Shown here in pieces: positions 15,559-28,011 of a stretch of DNA of 64,000 bases (its first letter is position 1; every line of letters starts with the position of its first letter). A model generated the notes under the pieces. The model did no database searches, was not told the origin of the DNA, and saw only the letters and a list, made by a program, of their open reading frames with translations. A program made the position numbers and the translations under genes. This stretch comes from Tubiluchus corallicola (Eukaryota > Animalia > Priapulida), in NCBI GenBank assembly GCA_030141605.1, contig JAQGDQ010000062.1, positions 62,001-126,000 of the forward strand, written 5' to 3'.

Positions 15559-15629
15559 GGTTGTGTGGTCTAGTGTCATGCCGTTGGACTTGTAATCCAA
15601 AATCCTTGGTTCAAATCTAGGTTGAACCC
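15559..15629 (+). pseudogene. tRNA-like sequence (tRNA-Gln-like body, anticodon TGT); probable pseudogene or SINE head
   Basis: A-box-like TGGTCTAGTG, anticodon arm TTGGA-CTTGTAA-TCCAA, T arm CTTGG-TTCAAAT-CTAGG, ends GGTT...AACC, and a T5 run at 15633-15637. Acceptor stem has two mismatches and the D loop lacks GG. Confidence 0.7.
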
Positions 15630-17959
15630 GACTTTTTAGTTTCCTTCCTTTCGGTCAAATTTTATTTCAGATATTTAATAATTTTGGGTTCACTCCATCA
15701 CTCATCATAATTTTGCAAATCAAATTATATAATTGTATGATTAACTGTTACTGTCGCATTTCATCTTCTCAAAATTCAAGAATCTGCCAATGCAGTGAAA
15801 TCCGTTAGCTTCTGCTTCTTAATGTAATTATTTACAGTATCCGTAAGCAAGTCGGAATGTAGGAAAGACAACATATAAACGATTCTTAAATAAATCAAGT
15901 GCATTACTGGCTGGTTGAATACAATGTACATGGCTGCAAGCTGTGTGTAGAACTTACAGGGCCAGAGTTGCTCGACTTCACAGTTAGTTTCCAGCCGCAA
16001 GTTATATTAAGCAAGTCTAATATTTTGTTTACCTGGAAAGCCTACCTATATCACTGTTTGATTTGCAATGAAATGTGAGTCCAAGAAAGCACGGAACTGG
16101 ACAGTGATCTTTACCTAGCTCACCAGCATTTTGTGAATCAGCATTAAGAAGGGCTTACTTATGATGCGGAATCGTTGATGGTGTGGCACGACCGGGACAC
16201 AGAAATAATTGATCTAGGATGAAACCTCGAAATGGCAGCGGTGTCTTAGTACGTTGAAATACAAGGAAGAAAACGAATTTTACAGTACGTCCGCCAAAAG
16301 CTCTTCGTACAAAGTTATATTACTTGGTATTCCGTTCCCCGCGCTTGAAAGATGTCTTTAACTGGAAAAGAAAATTCTTGACGATTTAAAATGCTCGAGC
16401 CAGCTGATCAAACGTCACTGTTCCACCATCCTAGTGTGTGTACAAAAAAACGTCACTGTTTCACAAAAAACATATTATTAATCTGAATGATAGATAAAGT
16501 AATTTATACTTTTGCTTAATCAAAGTGAATGCTCCTAACTATCAACGAAGGAGTCTGAATTTACAAGGTTACTGCTAACAGAAGCTCAGTGTGTAGAAAG
16601 CCGGCACGTGAGTTTCAAGACGATTTTTTTAGTTTTTGTGCAAGTAAAGGCTTTTCTTGTCCTTTAACAAGGTAAGTAGCTGATGCAATAAGGCAAATGA
16701 AATTGGGCAGAAGCGGTGGGCAAACGCTTAAAGTTAAACAACGCTGACAAAAGTGAGCTTTGGTCTGCAAGTAAATCATAATTACTCACTGTGTTCCTCG
16801 CTCTTATAAATGTTATTAAACTTACCCGAGTATGACACTCACTTGAACCCTTTTACCTGCATAACAGTTTACATTGTGTTATTGCATGCGAAAATGACGA
16901 AAACGATCCAAGAAACAAATTACAGCCTAATATTAGTTTCACGTGAAATAATTCTCAAAAGATAAAAGAGAAGCACTCAACATCTCTCGCTCATTGTGCA
17001 AACGCATCAGTGCGGTTGTGGTTTAATTAAGTTAGTTCTTGCAATTAGCTAGATCAGTATGTTACAGAGATATTATCTTGTCAGTTATTATCAGTGTCTG
17101 GCATTTAAAACCGCGCGCTAAGTAGCCTAGCCTGTGAGCAATCTGACCACCAGAATGACTACTACATTAATATAGAAACTAAGCTGTTCAAGTAGTTAGT
17201 AAACACAATGTCCACACTGTTCTAATGTACAAACAAGGTTGTGTCCGTGTCACTTGCAGCAGAGTTATCGCCCCTGACCATATGGCTTCAATTGCCTGTT
17301 TTAGTGAAGCCTTGCCGTTGTAAGCTTCGAGCTTACAGATTGTAAAAGTGCGCCGTGCTGCTAAAAATACTGACGTACCTTTACTTGTGATTTCTGAAGT
17401 TCGCTTCAGTGTGTTTTTGAATTGGTGGTAACGATCAATTTTAAATTTACAACAATCATATTTTCAGTGTCAAAATGTAGTAACAGCCAGTGTGTCGGTA
17501 TCAGATGTTAAAGAATGTTATAGTCATTATAATGTAGGCGCGAATTCTTGCTTTATAGAGAACGTAATGCAATTTTATGAATGGCAGTTATAAAGTGAAG
17601 TAAGATGTATACTGAGTTACTACAGTATTAAAAATTTATCTAATTATGTACACATTACAGAGGCCTAGCAGGGCTAACATAAATATTTAGCTGATTTTGC
17701 CGATGTGCTAGTTAATTTAATTTAATTTTTTTAATTTATCAGTTTATTTCGGCTACACAAAATATAAAAATATACACTCACACATACAATAAAATTTAAA
17801 CCATAGCACACAATGTTAAAAATCTATAACTAAAAAAAATCACATAAAATTAGATACAAGGGTAAAAAATTATGATTATACAAAGCAGAAGTAGTCGTAT
17901 ACGCAGAAGTTATATAATTGAACCTTACAAAAGTGCCTGCGACCAGTGCAACACGAAGT

Positions 17960-18378
17960 TTAACTTATATCGTACGAACTTTTCTTCTTACAACAGTGAA
18001 ATGTGGAATACGGTTCATTGCACACATGTACGAAACTTAAAATTTTTTCTAACAGCATCATTATACGCTGATCTAAGTTTACGGATATTGTACAAATTAA
18101 AGAAGAAGTTGCTGCTGTTGTCATTCTCAACACATTTTTATGTAGTCTACATGTTACATGTCCATACATATGTGAAGCCTAGTTGTGATTGCTACATTAT
18201 ATGTGAAATATCATTTTATCGGAAGGGGTTTAGTCTTTTCGCTATCCTTTCTCTAGTTTTAGATCTATCTATACATTTTAACCATTCTTCAAAACTTATT
18301 AGAGATTATTTTATTAATCATGTTTTATTGTAACACTATAAAGAGATAAATAAATTGAAATTGAATTGAATTGAATTT
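17960..18378 (+). mobile_element. Degenerate 3' end of an L2/CR1-like LINE
   Basis: RTN..SY...MWN-like peptide remnant, followed by an AT-rich UTR, AATAAA and a (TTGAA)n tail at ~18355-18376. Confidence 0.4.
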
Positions 18379-20380
18379 GCGGCAGCGTTATTGTATAAGT
18401 GCTAAGTATAGAAGTATGACAGTGACAGCTGCAAAGTCAGGAACACCTTCATGGGTCACAGCTTTCTGCCTGACCGTACTTCTGTCAAGAGCAATTGCCT
18501 TATATGGCGGCAGTTTTTAAAAAAATATCATTTTAGCGGAAGTTGGGAAGGAGTTCCAATCGGTGTAAGAAGCGCGGTCATTTTTGTAGTCACGTGATCT
18601 TTGGAAATACTGGTCTGTACATGACAGCTATTTATGTGAAATAGAAAAAACTTTGTATAAATTTAGTTGATAAACGTCATTATGGGTAAGTGTATATACA
18701 AATATATGCAAACATAGATGTTTATAAGAAAAAGGAGATTATGAGCTTGGACAATGATCCCGTGAGGAAAGGCTGCTGTATTCCAAGCCTGGACAGTACC
18801 CTAATGTTTCACGTTTTATTTAATTATTGTTAGTAGGTTACTAGTCAAACATACAGTCAAACTCTATGTCCTTTTCCTTTGCTTCGATTTTGGGATAATC
18901 ATGCTCTAGCACTTGATAGTAAAGCTTATTTTCGTTTAGTTTGCTTTAATTAAACCTTTCATTAAGGGCTTTAATTTCTATTAATGCCTTTGTAGAAATG
19001 AAAAATGGCTTCAGCGAACTACTAACGAGTAAATGTTTGTGTTCATGGATCTAACTGAGCTGAGTGTTTTGAATGTCCTTGTTTTGATTTTCATGTTATG
19101 ACTAGGTATTAAATCATGTTTGGTATTGTTTACTTAGTACTGTTGTCAGTATGATTTGTAATGTAAAAAATAAAGACTTGTGAGAACTGTATTATGTGAC
19201 CTAGGGGTAAAGGTCATTCATAAACAATTGAGGGAAATTGGCAGACAGAACTATAGTTAAGTTACTATCAACAATATTAAGTTACTATTGTTCATTTTCG
19301 TATTAGTTGACTGTCTCTTCAAGCACCCTACTGCTTTGGCTAAGCGTGTTTAATTAACTAGCAAAGACAGCAAAATTCTCTAGCGTATGCGATCTATTTC
19401 CTGAATCTCACTGGAGGTTTGTGTTATAACAGATGACTGTCTGGAGGCTAAAGAGAAATTTCAGAATTCTGAGCTCTGATACGAATGTTTTCAATAAATT
19501 GTACTGAAAATCTGAGACCGCTGCTGATCAAAGTAAAATTATGTCAGTCAACGCGGCTCGTTAATATTTTTGATAGCCTTTTAACGTTATCTGTTTACTG
19601 ACATGGCATAATGTCATTCGAGTTTTTATAGTTCCACACTCTGCCAAGCGTATTCAGTACTCAGTTGCAGAGTTTACCTAATGTAGATGGGTGTGGCATG
19701 ACCGGAATTTATCTCATCTTTAAGAATGAGATCATTCCATTGAGTATTAGCCGTATCTTAACTTTGTCCGTATGCGTCTTACACCCAGTCTTAAAAGAAG
19801 ATTCTTGTGGTACAGATGGCACAATCGGATTTGATGCTCAGTGAGAGAAATAGTTGGAATGGCAGATGAAGACACGCTGATGAATCGACCAAGAAGCGGC
19901 TTGCTTGGTATTCACCATCCGTTTTTACTATCTAGCCCAGTGTTGAAATACAAGGTTTTTAAAATCCAACCACAAGAAGTTTGGTACGTAATCCTTCAAC
20001 ATGCTTGCCTTCCTATACTAGTTTTTATTGGACAAGAAAACACTCTTTACAAATAAAGTTTAAAAAATTTAAATTTTAAAAATAAAGTTTAAATTTTATT
20101 TCACTCACACGCTGTTTGATCGATATATAGCTTGCATTACCAACAAAGGTGTATAAAACTTGCAAATTTAAACTCTCAGTTAGGCGCAGCCGTTTATACG
20201 GTTAAGTCGCTTGAAACAGGTTTAGGAAACATTGCATCAAGTTTGAAAAAATAATCAGAGCATTCGTAGCACACACTTCACTAACTAAGCCAAAGTGTAA
20301 ATTACTTTATCTTATCAGTCAGATAAATATCTATTCTATCTATACTCTTATATTAATATTCTTGGTATGGGCTTAATTTA

Positions 20381-21149
20381 TTTATATATATATAAGATTC
20401 GAGGCTACAGCTTCGACAACGGCACCATTTGCGGCGATCTATATATCAGACGAAAGGTCTCGATCTAGTGTCGTGCCATTGATGGTTTATTTTTCGAATC
20501 GGGCCCACCGGGAGGAACGGCGGGCAAAAAACCTCCAAAAATGGCCATTTTCGGCCGTTTTTTGCAAAAGTTATGCGGCTGAGATGTAGAGAATGGGAAC
20601 GGGCCGAGGGTGGTACTGGGTATGGATAGATAGCTCGTTCAGCGGTGGGTGTAGTAGGCACATTTAGAATTCCCAAGAGGGCCACGGCGTCCCGTAACGG
20701 GCGTTTTCCCGGACTCAACTCGCGATTTTTTCGAAATTTTGACCAAACAGCCTGCGGGAAAAACGTTCTAGCGGCGCCCGGTGGGACTCTCGGAAGGAGA
20801 TATATAGCTCTTTAGAAAGAGGAGGAACGGGGCTACACGATGATGTGGTCTATATTTTAGGGCAGGTCCACCGAGAGGAGTACCGGCGAGTTAATTAGGA
20901 GTTCTATTTTCGGCAATTTTCGCTTAGAAAACTGCTGACGCAAAGCCATTGTAGTGACGTCATCCATTGTACTCTGTCTATAATCTTATAACTTTAATTC
21001 AGTAAAAGCTACAGGCTTTGCGTTAGTTAAACAAACAGTAGGCAAGATGTTACGGGCTTTGCGTTATACATGAGGACTAGGTAGGATGTTCGCGTGTTAT
21101 TGATTATACGTGGTTTTACACGCAAAATCTTTTGCGGGGCCTTTGCTAG
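20381..21149 (+). mobile_element. Non-autonomous Helitron
   Basis: GC-rich island between host A (20380) and T (21150). 5' end TTTATATATATATAAG (TC start degenerate). 3' hairpin CGCAAAA-TC-TTTTGCG (21121-21136) lies 9 nt before terminal CTAG (21146-21149). No TSD or TIR. Confidence 0.72.
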
Positions 21150-21539
21150 TATAATATTATTTATGTAATATTACTAATATATTTTTTGCTGAGCGAGTGA
21201 CGTTTTTGGTGGACACTGGGATAGTTAAACAGCGACGTTTCAGCAGTTGGCTAATTTTATTTTTCAGTTACATAAGTCTTTCAAACAGATAAATGTAATG
21301 CAAAGCAATATAGGGTCATATAGAAAGTTTTTTGGCATATATTTTAAAATTCCCTTTCCATCTAATGTAGTATTACTAGTAACGAAGCTAGGCCTGTGCA
21401 TTGTATAAAGTGTCTTCTAGTTCAAAATGATTTGTGTGCCAAAATATTTTCTATTTGCGAAACCTTCTAATCATAGGCTGTTTGTATCTTGATTTTGCAA
21501 TTTAAATTAGAGTTAAGGAATTCGACTAGAAGGAAATCC

Positions 21540-22830
21540 TGAAAAGGTGCTTCTGTAAAGTTCTGGAGGCGTTCTAAAAGTGGGCAACATAGTCATTCTT
21601 ATCCATTTGACTATGTTGAATCCAATAACCCTGCTGTCAGCTTGAAAAATTACCTGAGTCGTCAGCAATGCAAAAACAAAATGACCGTCATGTTTTTGCA
21701 CGAACTATGTCAATCAAAAGAAATGAAAATTAGTATTAAGAAGCGACCTAATTAAGCATCCGTTTCTGTTATTTTCACTTCAAAATGGCCGCCACACAAA
21801 ACAATTATAATAGATGTATTATATCAACCACTTCACTTAAAGATTTTTATCAATGCGACCTTGTTGAATCTAAAAGTTGCTAGACCCCCCCACCCAAAGA
21901 TGCAAAAAGACTAAAAAAGTGCATTAAGCAAAATACTAAATGACCACCAGGTTCAGCAGGCACAAAGGTGAAAAAGTGCTCATTTCGCCTAGAAGTTATG
22001 AAACTTTGCTCAATGTTAGCCTAGAACCCATCGATTAATTTTTTATTTGGGGTCAATCGAAAATCTTCAAATATAGCCGACATTTTCAAGATGGCTGACA
22101 AGATGGCTCTTGCTTGAATATAAAGGCCACGTCTAAGCTCTTAGGGCATGCAAGATTATGAGACAGGAAAATGACAGGACAATGACAAAGGATTGGCAAT
22201 AGTCGTCTTGTCAGCCATCTTTAAAATGACTGTCATTTTGAATGATTTTTGGTTGGCCTCATATCCAAAATTAATCATCTTGATGGTTCTAGAAATGTGC
22301 AAAGATATATAACTTTTAAGTGAAATGTGTAAGTTTTTCACTATTAAGTTAAGCGATACATGTTGGTAATCTGGCGACCATTTTGTTTTTTTGCTTGTCA
22401 CTGTTTGAGTCGCTTTGGGTTCTTTTTGGGGTCTAATAGTAGCTTTTTAGTTTCAGGCCAAATCGAATTGTTAAAAATAATTTGTTTTTTGTTTTTATAA
22501 TAAATCTGTAGGGGAAACAGGTAATATAAATGCATGATCGACGTACTAAATTGGGTTTCTATGGCGGCCATTTTTGATGTAAAACTAACAGAATGGATTC
22601 CATTGCTCAACAACCTTAGATGAAATGTCATTATTGCCTTTTAATGTTAATCTTCTTCGAATTTTTTATGCTTATTGTTTGCGCAGCAGTTTTGTTTTCT
22701 TTTTTGCATTTTTGGCTCTTTTCTGCTAATTTTTCGAGTCGACTACAGAGCCAAACTGACCGGTTATGATGCCCACTTTTAGAAAAAGAAAGCCTCCAGG
22801 GTTCTCCTTTTCTGAAAATTCACTTAGTCA
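21540..22830. mobile_element. Old fold-back/palindromic DNA element, about 1.3 kb
   Basis: Nested inverted matches: ctggaggcgttctaaaagtgggcaacat (~21563) with atgatgcccacttttagaa..gcctccag (~22766); ctgttattttcacttcaaaatggccgcc (~21766) with ggcggccatttttgatgtaaaactaacag (~22563); caagatggctgacaagatggct (~22087) with agtcgtcttgtcagccatctt (~22201). Confidence 0.7.
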
Positions 22831-22870
22831 AAATTTTTCTGCTTTCAGAATAGAAATCGTTGACTAACGG

Positions 22871-23035
<165 letters not shown>

Positions 23036-24290
23036 GTTATTTGCAAGGAAATCTATGCAAATCTATTATATTTTAGCTATAGTATGCCCATTTTCTGCTG
23101 GTTTATATTACACCAAATTTGTGACGGCAGCTCTTTAATTTAAGAACTACTGTTTTCAGTGGCTTCGCGAGATCTCTTGAGCCGATTTATTCTGCTTTTT
23201 TCACATTTCAATTGTTACATCTTCGGTTCATTCCCTACGACGGCAGAAGCTCTACTTGCGTAATTTGAATTTCTCATTTTTGGCTTCCTTATTCGTATCT
23301 CTGGGAGCTACTTAGGTAAACGTAGCAATTAATCTTCGTCTCAGTTTCTGCTGGTTATGTTTGACTTATTATTACTGCCATTCGGTTTTATTAATCCAGA
23401 TGATGCGTCGTTTGTTATATCAGTGCAAGTAATAAGACGGGGACTTGTTGACGTCTTACAGATCTGCAAATTAATCTGGTTACACGGCAGTATTAGTTTT
23501 CAACGGGGTCATTGTTTTATTATATTTGTCTCATTAATCATTATTTTTAGTTCAGCCGCTGGATAATTAATTAAAAATTGAGAATGTTATTGAGGTGAAT
23601 AACAAAAACAAGGATGTTGTGCTTCGCGTGTGTTTATGTTGCACTTTTCAAGAAAGTATAAGCGTTCATTTGAAAGCAGAAAAACAGCTCAGCTACGTTT
23701 TGCTCTTTAAAATTGAACAAGAACCAGTGGTAAGTAGCTTCTGTAGTTCTTTCGTGTTTCTGTTGTTCTGTCGCTGTGCACTTGTCCACAAAGAACTGTG
23801 GGGAAAATGCATCCAGATGATAAACGAAGAAAATAAAATTGAATTCAGAATTTCTAGTGAGTATATTTCACACTGGGGTGCAAAGTAATAATCGATCATG
23901 AAGAATGACGATGTCGTATGAACGCAAGGTAGTATACCCGCAACGCGGATTCAGCGGCGGATGGTCCGACGTCGGATGACTCGGAATCGCGTTAAGCGAA
24001 TGTAATAAAAACAGTTCGTGTCGTGAGCTGCAGCGTATAAATCCCTGAATTACACTAGAATGCAAAATTCCGGAAAAGTTTTCATGCAACGCTTTTTTAC
24101 TTGTAAACATTTAGTGGTTTGTAGTTTATACAATTTGATGTATTCGTTTTGCGGGCTTTTTATACATATACAGTATACAGTTGGGCACTCAACACCCAAT
24201 AGCAGGACTTACTTAAAATTGATTTTTAAGAACAAGACCTGACCTTTAGAACTACATATGCTCAACATCAGACCAACAGAGTTGTATCAG

Positions 24291-24905
24291 TAGGGTTGCA
24301 ACCTCGTCACAAAGACACAAAGTGAAATTAGGAGTTAAGAGCCTCCTAGGGGTTGACCGCGTCGGGACCAAGTTCGGAATCAACCCATTTCAAGTGTTTC
24401 AGATGTTTTATGAAGCCTTTTTTTCCAGAAACAGAAACCAAGAAATTTAAACCAGAAAGTAGTACAAATTTCTTGATTTTAGACTCTAAAAAAGTCGTAA
24501 AGCTTCCAATAGTGCAAGCATGTACATCAATTTTTGGAATTCCTTCTCGATTGGAGATTGTTTATGCTAAGTGAATTAAAACTATAAAACCGAAATATAC
24601 TTGTACTGCAACACTTGCTGCTACAACAAAAGTTGGCGAAAAATGTAGACGGCGTTAAATGAAGATGCCACGTAACCATTTAAGTTTAATTTAATATTTT
24701 TACTATTTTACTTAACAGAGATTCCGCTGTTTTGACCTTAGCCTTGTGAAATGGTTTAATAGCATAGCATCCGTTTTTTACTTAAATTTCAATGTGATAG
24801 CACAGATCAGGAGATTTCCGAATTTTCCAAAAATCCGACCGAACAATAGATGTTTGGCTGAATTTCAGGAAGCTCCGGGCCCCATAAGCAGTGGTGGCAA
24901 CCCTA
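24291..24905. mobile_element. Non-autonomous hAT element, 615 bp
   Basis: TIRs TAGGGTTGCAAC / GTGGCAACCCTA, with 8-bp TSD tgtatcag (24283-24290) / tgtgtcag (24906-24913), 7 of 8 identical. Confidence 0.8.
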
Positions 24906-25178
24906 TGTGTCAGCCACGTTCTTGTGTGAATGTATTCTCCTCCAACAGCCAAAATCATTACGGCGCGTGAAACCAGCTACCATCGAATATTGAACCGAGA
25001 CGGTTACAAAAACCGTTTACTGACCCACTACGACGTACTGCAGCTTTTCAGTCAAGAAGCACATAGCGTGACCACTTGTCTATTTACATGGTCAAACACG
25101 AAACGGAAATACGCATCCTAATACGGAAAGTACAGATTTTCTTATAATTTTTCTAAGTGTCCCTGCGAATTTTTCTAA

Positions 25179-25288
25179 CCAGTTCATCAACTGGCTCTGT
25201 CCAGTTCATCAAATGGCTCTGTCCAGTTCATCAAATGGCTCTGTCCAGTTCATCAAATGGCTCTGTCCAGTTCATCAACTAGCTCTGT
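25179..25288. repeat. Minisatellite, 5 x 22 bp (CCAGTTCATCAAATGGCTCTGT)
   Basis: Five head-to-tail copies with no spacers. The three inner copies are identical; the outer two carry 1-2 substitutions. Confidence 0.95.
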
Positions 25289-28011
25289 TTTCTTACCTCA
25301 TCGGTCAACGGTCATATTGTTTAGGATGCGAAGTAAACTAGATTTACTACTGCGTAACAAAAATTACTTGAAGGTTGTTTTTCTGCTAAAACACTTTGCA
25401 CTTTCATATTATGTAATTTGTAGTAATATGATATGGCAGACAAGACCGAACGTATATTTTTGAAAGTCTAGAAAAACCCATTACTTACGACGAAATATAA
25501 AAAACAGTTAAAATCGAGTTTTTTAGTAAGTAAGCTATTGAGCTTGCTTGTTTAGTTTTTCGATGGTAACATACACGTTAATTTTTTTATAAAACCCCAT
25601 TTGGATAAAGGATTGATCCATAGAGAAAATCAGGGGGAAAATACTGCATGGAAATGCGCGTCCTGTATGAACCGCGCACATTCCGGAACCATTGCCGGAC
25701 ATGCCGTACCTGCCGTTTCTATATGATCCGCATTTTTCACATGCATGGTTACACACCTTAGCAGTTCTGCTCTTTCGTGTGGTACTGACTACATAGCAAT
25801 ACCGGGACTTCATCCGATATAAATTGTACGAGAAACGCATTTAACAAATAAACATTAAAGTAATTGAGTGCAACTGAAACAAAATTTGCACAAAACTTTA
25901 TTGGCGACATTAACTTCAGAGTCTCAGCTGAGCGAACAAATTAACTTCATCTGTTGCAAGATTGTTCCTTTATTGATGAACTATATAACTCAGATATAAT
26001 CAATACTCTTAATGACAAAGAAGTATTAACTGTTTAGATCAAACTGCAGACGTTTTCTTTAATTCATTCAGATTCAGGCTTCATTCTCTCCATTTTGGCA
26101 TTTTCCTTATCTTCGTCTAGTAGGTGCCAGTACTAATCTTGCGAGTTTCGCCAAGGTGCAGCATGGAAACTAATTAACGCTGGTTTCCGCTTTGTGAACA
26201 TTATAAGGAATGAATTTTTATCTCTTATCTGCTCTATCTACGAATGCTTCTGTGTACCTGATGAAGCCAAGACGACTAATTTATGTGATTGCAAAATTAT
26301 CTTTTCCCTAGATAAGCCGATTTAGATTTAGGATTTATGCGGTGTTGTCCTTTATTGTGCAGCCAGTGTTAATTTAGTTACGTCAAAAGGACATTAACCG
26401 TCCAGACAACGTCGTGTAAAAAACTGTAATACTGATGGTATCACAGGATCACCTAACGTCTAAGGTAGTGTCTTTGGACCATGCCTCTTCTCTAAATAAG
26501 CAAAAGTAGCGTATATTCTTTATATTGCCAATAAAATTAATAATGTCTTCTTTGAGCCAGTGGTGCACACTGGGATGGGTTAAACAGTTAGTGCAAAAGT
26601 TTTAAATTATTAAAAATTTTCTGTTCTAATTATGTATGTCTGTCAAACAGGTAAGTAATGCCAAGTAATATAACTTTCTACGGAAAGCTTTTGCGATATA
26701 ATGTAAAATTCATTTTCCTTCTCTTGTCTCGATATTCTGTCTAACGTATGCTGTTGTTCTATAACGGCTTGATGTTGCAACTAGCACATACTGTCTCTCT
26801 GCAGCGATTTCATGTTGCAGCTAACCCATATACTTTTGTTCTACAACCGTAAACTGTTATCTGCGACTGTGCAGTGGTGTGTGTTATTTTTTGCAAGTGG
26901 ACGGTGTAAAATATATAGCTGCATGTAACTGTGATGAAACGGCCTAAAAGCAGTTTTTGCGATGATCAGCCATCGATTCATTCACCAGGCTCAGCCATGT
27001 TTTGTTTCACATAGCCAAACACTCAGTGTAATCAGGTATTTCACTCGCCCTGAAAGCGATAAAATTGACTACCAGAGTGGCGGACGTTAACAAACTTTCG
27101 ATTTTTTTTATCAGAGACAGTTAAATGGGCTGCAGAAAAGACAAATCAAACGCTTTCAGATTACAAGATCAACGGCCATGACCAGTAGATTATTCAGCTT
27201 ATTATGACATGTGTAGATCTTAATTCAATCCTACAAGCTCACTAACTAACCCAAAGCCCGTGATTCAAACAACAGGCTCAGTCCCGACTGTTCACAATCT
27301 CACATTTCTGTCAAATTGACCAAAATTTCAGTAACTGTGAGTTTAAACATCATTACTAAACATACTGAGATCAAGATAAAACTTAGTGACAGTTTAACTA
27401 TCATAATTAACAATAATTCGAAACAATAATTACGCAAAACTAAAGCAGCAGTTGAAGAATGAAAACAGTTGTGTAATATGGGGCTACCGATCCCACTTGA
27501 TCAGTTTTTGCTAGACTATCTGCGTGTTATGTACAGAAACTTCAGATTTTATGTAGTGCAAGCCGTAGAAACATTGTTCAGAAACGTTGATCAGGATCCG
27601 CATATATAAGGAAATCAAAACATAGTCTGAGTTACACACTTCATGGCTGCACACGAATTTAAGTTAACAATAATAATTATGCAAGTTAAGAGTTTATTGT
27701 TAATAATGTCATTATTTTTTGCATCCTTTGCAGTAATTTAGCACAGTCGGAGTTGCTGATTGCGATACATTTCGTCAATCCATCATGAAGACACGAAGTT
27801 TAGGCTTTGGTGTCAGACATTCAACAATCGTCAATTATAGTGATTAGTTCCATCTATTCTTTATCATCTACAAGACGGCTTACGTGCAGCAGAGATTCCG
27901 TGCAAACATACATTGTTTTCGTGCAATAATGTATAGGCCTATTCGATATTGAAAGGCATGTACTGTTCAACCACAGAACTAAAACGATGCACACGAGTTG
28001 GTGACTAAATT

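Noticed and set aside
12985-20056. Numerous 60-150 aa ORFs between IYD and the Helitron
   Set aside because: Many start at TTG or GTG, show no recognisable motifs and cannot be linked by splice phase; consistent with chance ORFs and repeat debris.
25179-25288. 22-bp repeats as a possible CRISPR array
   Set aside because: The copies abut with no spacers, there are no cas genes, and the context is eukaryotic.
26255-26285. CTGATGAAGCC as a second hammerhead core (also a GAAACGTC half-site on the minus strand at ~21235)
   Set aside because: The partner core box and stems are missing in both cases; at best these are decayed relics.
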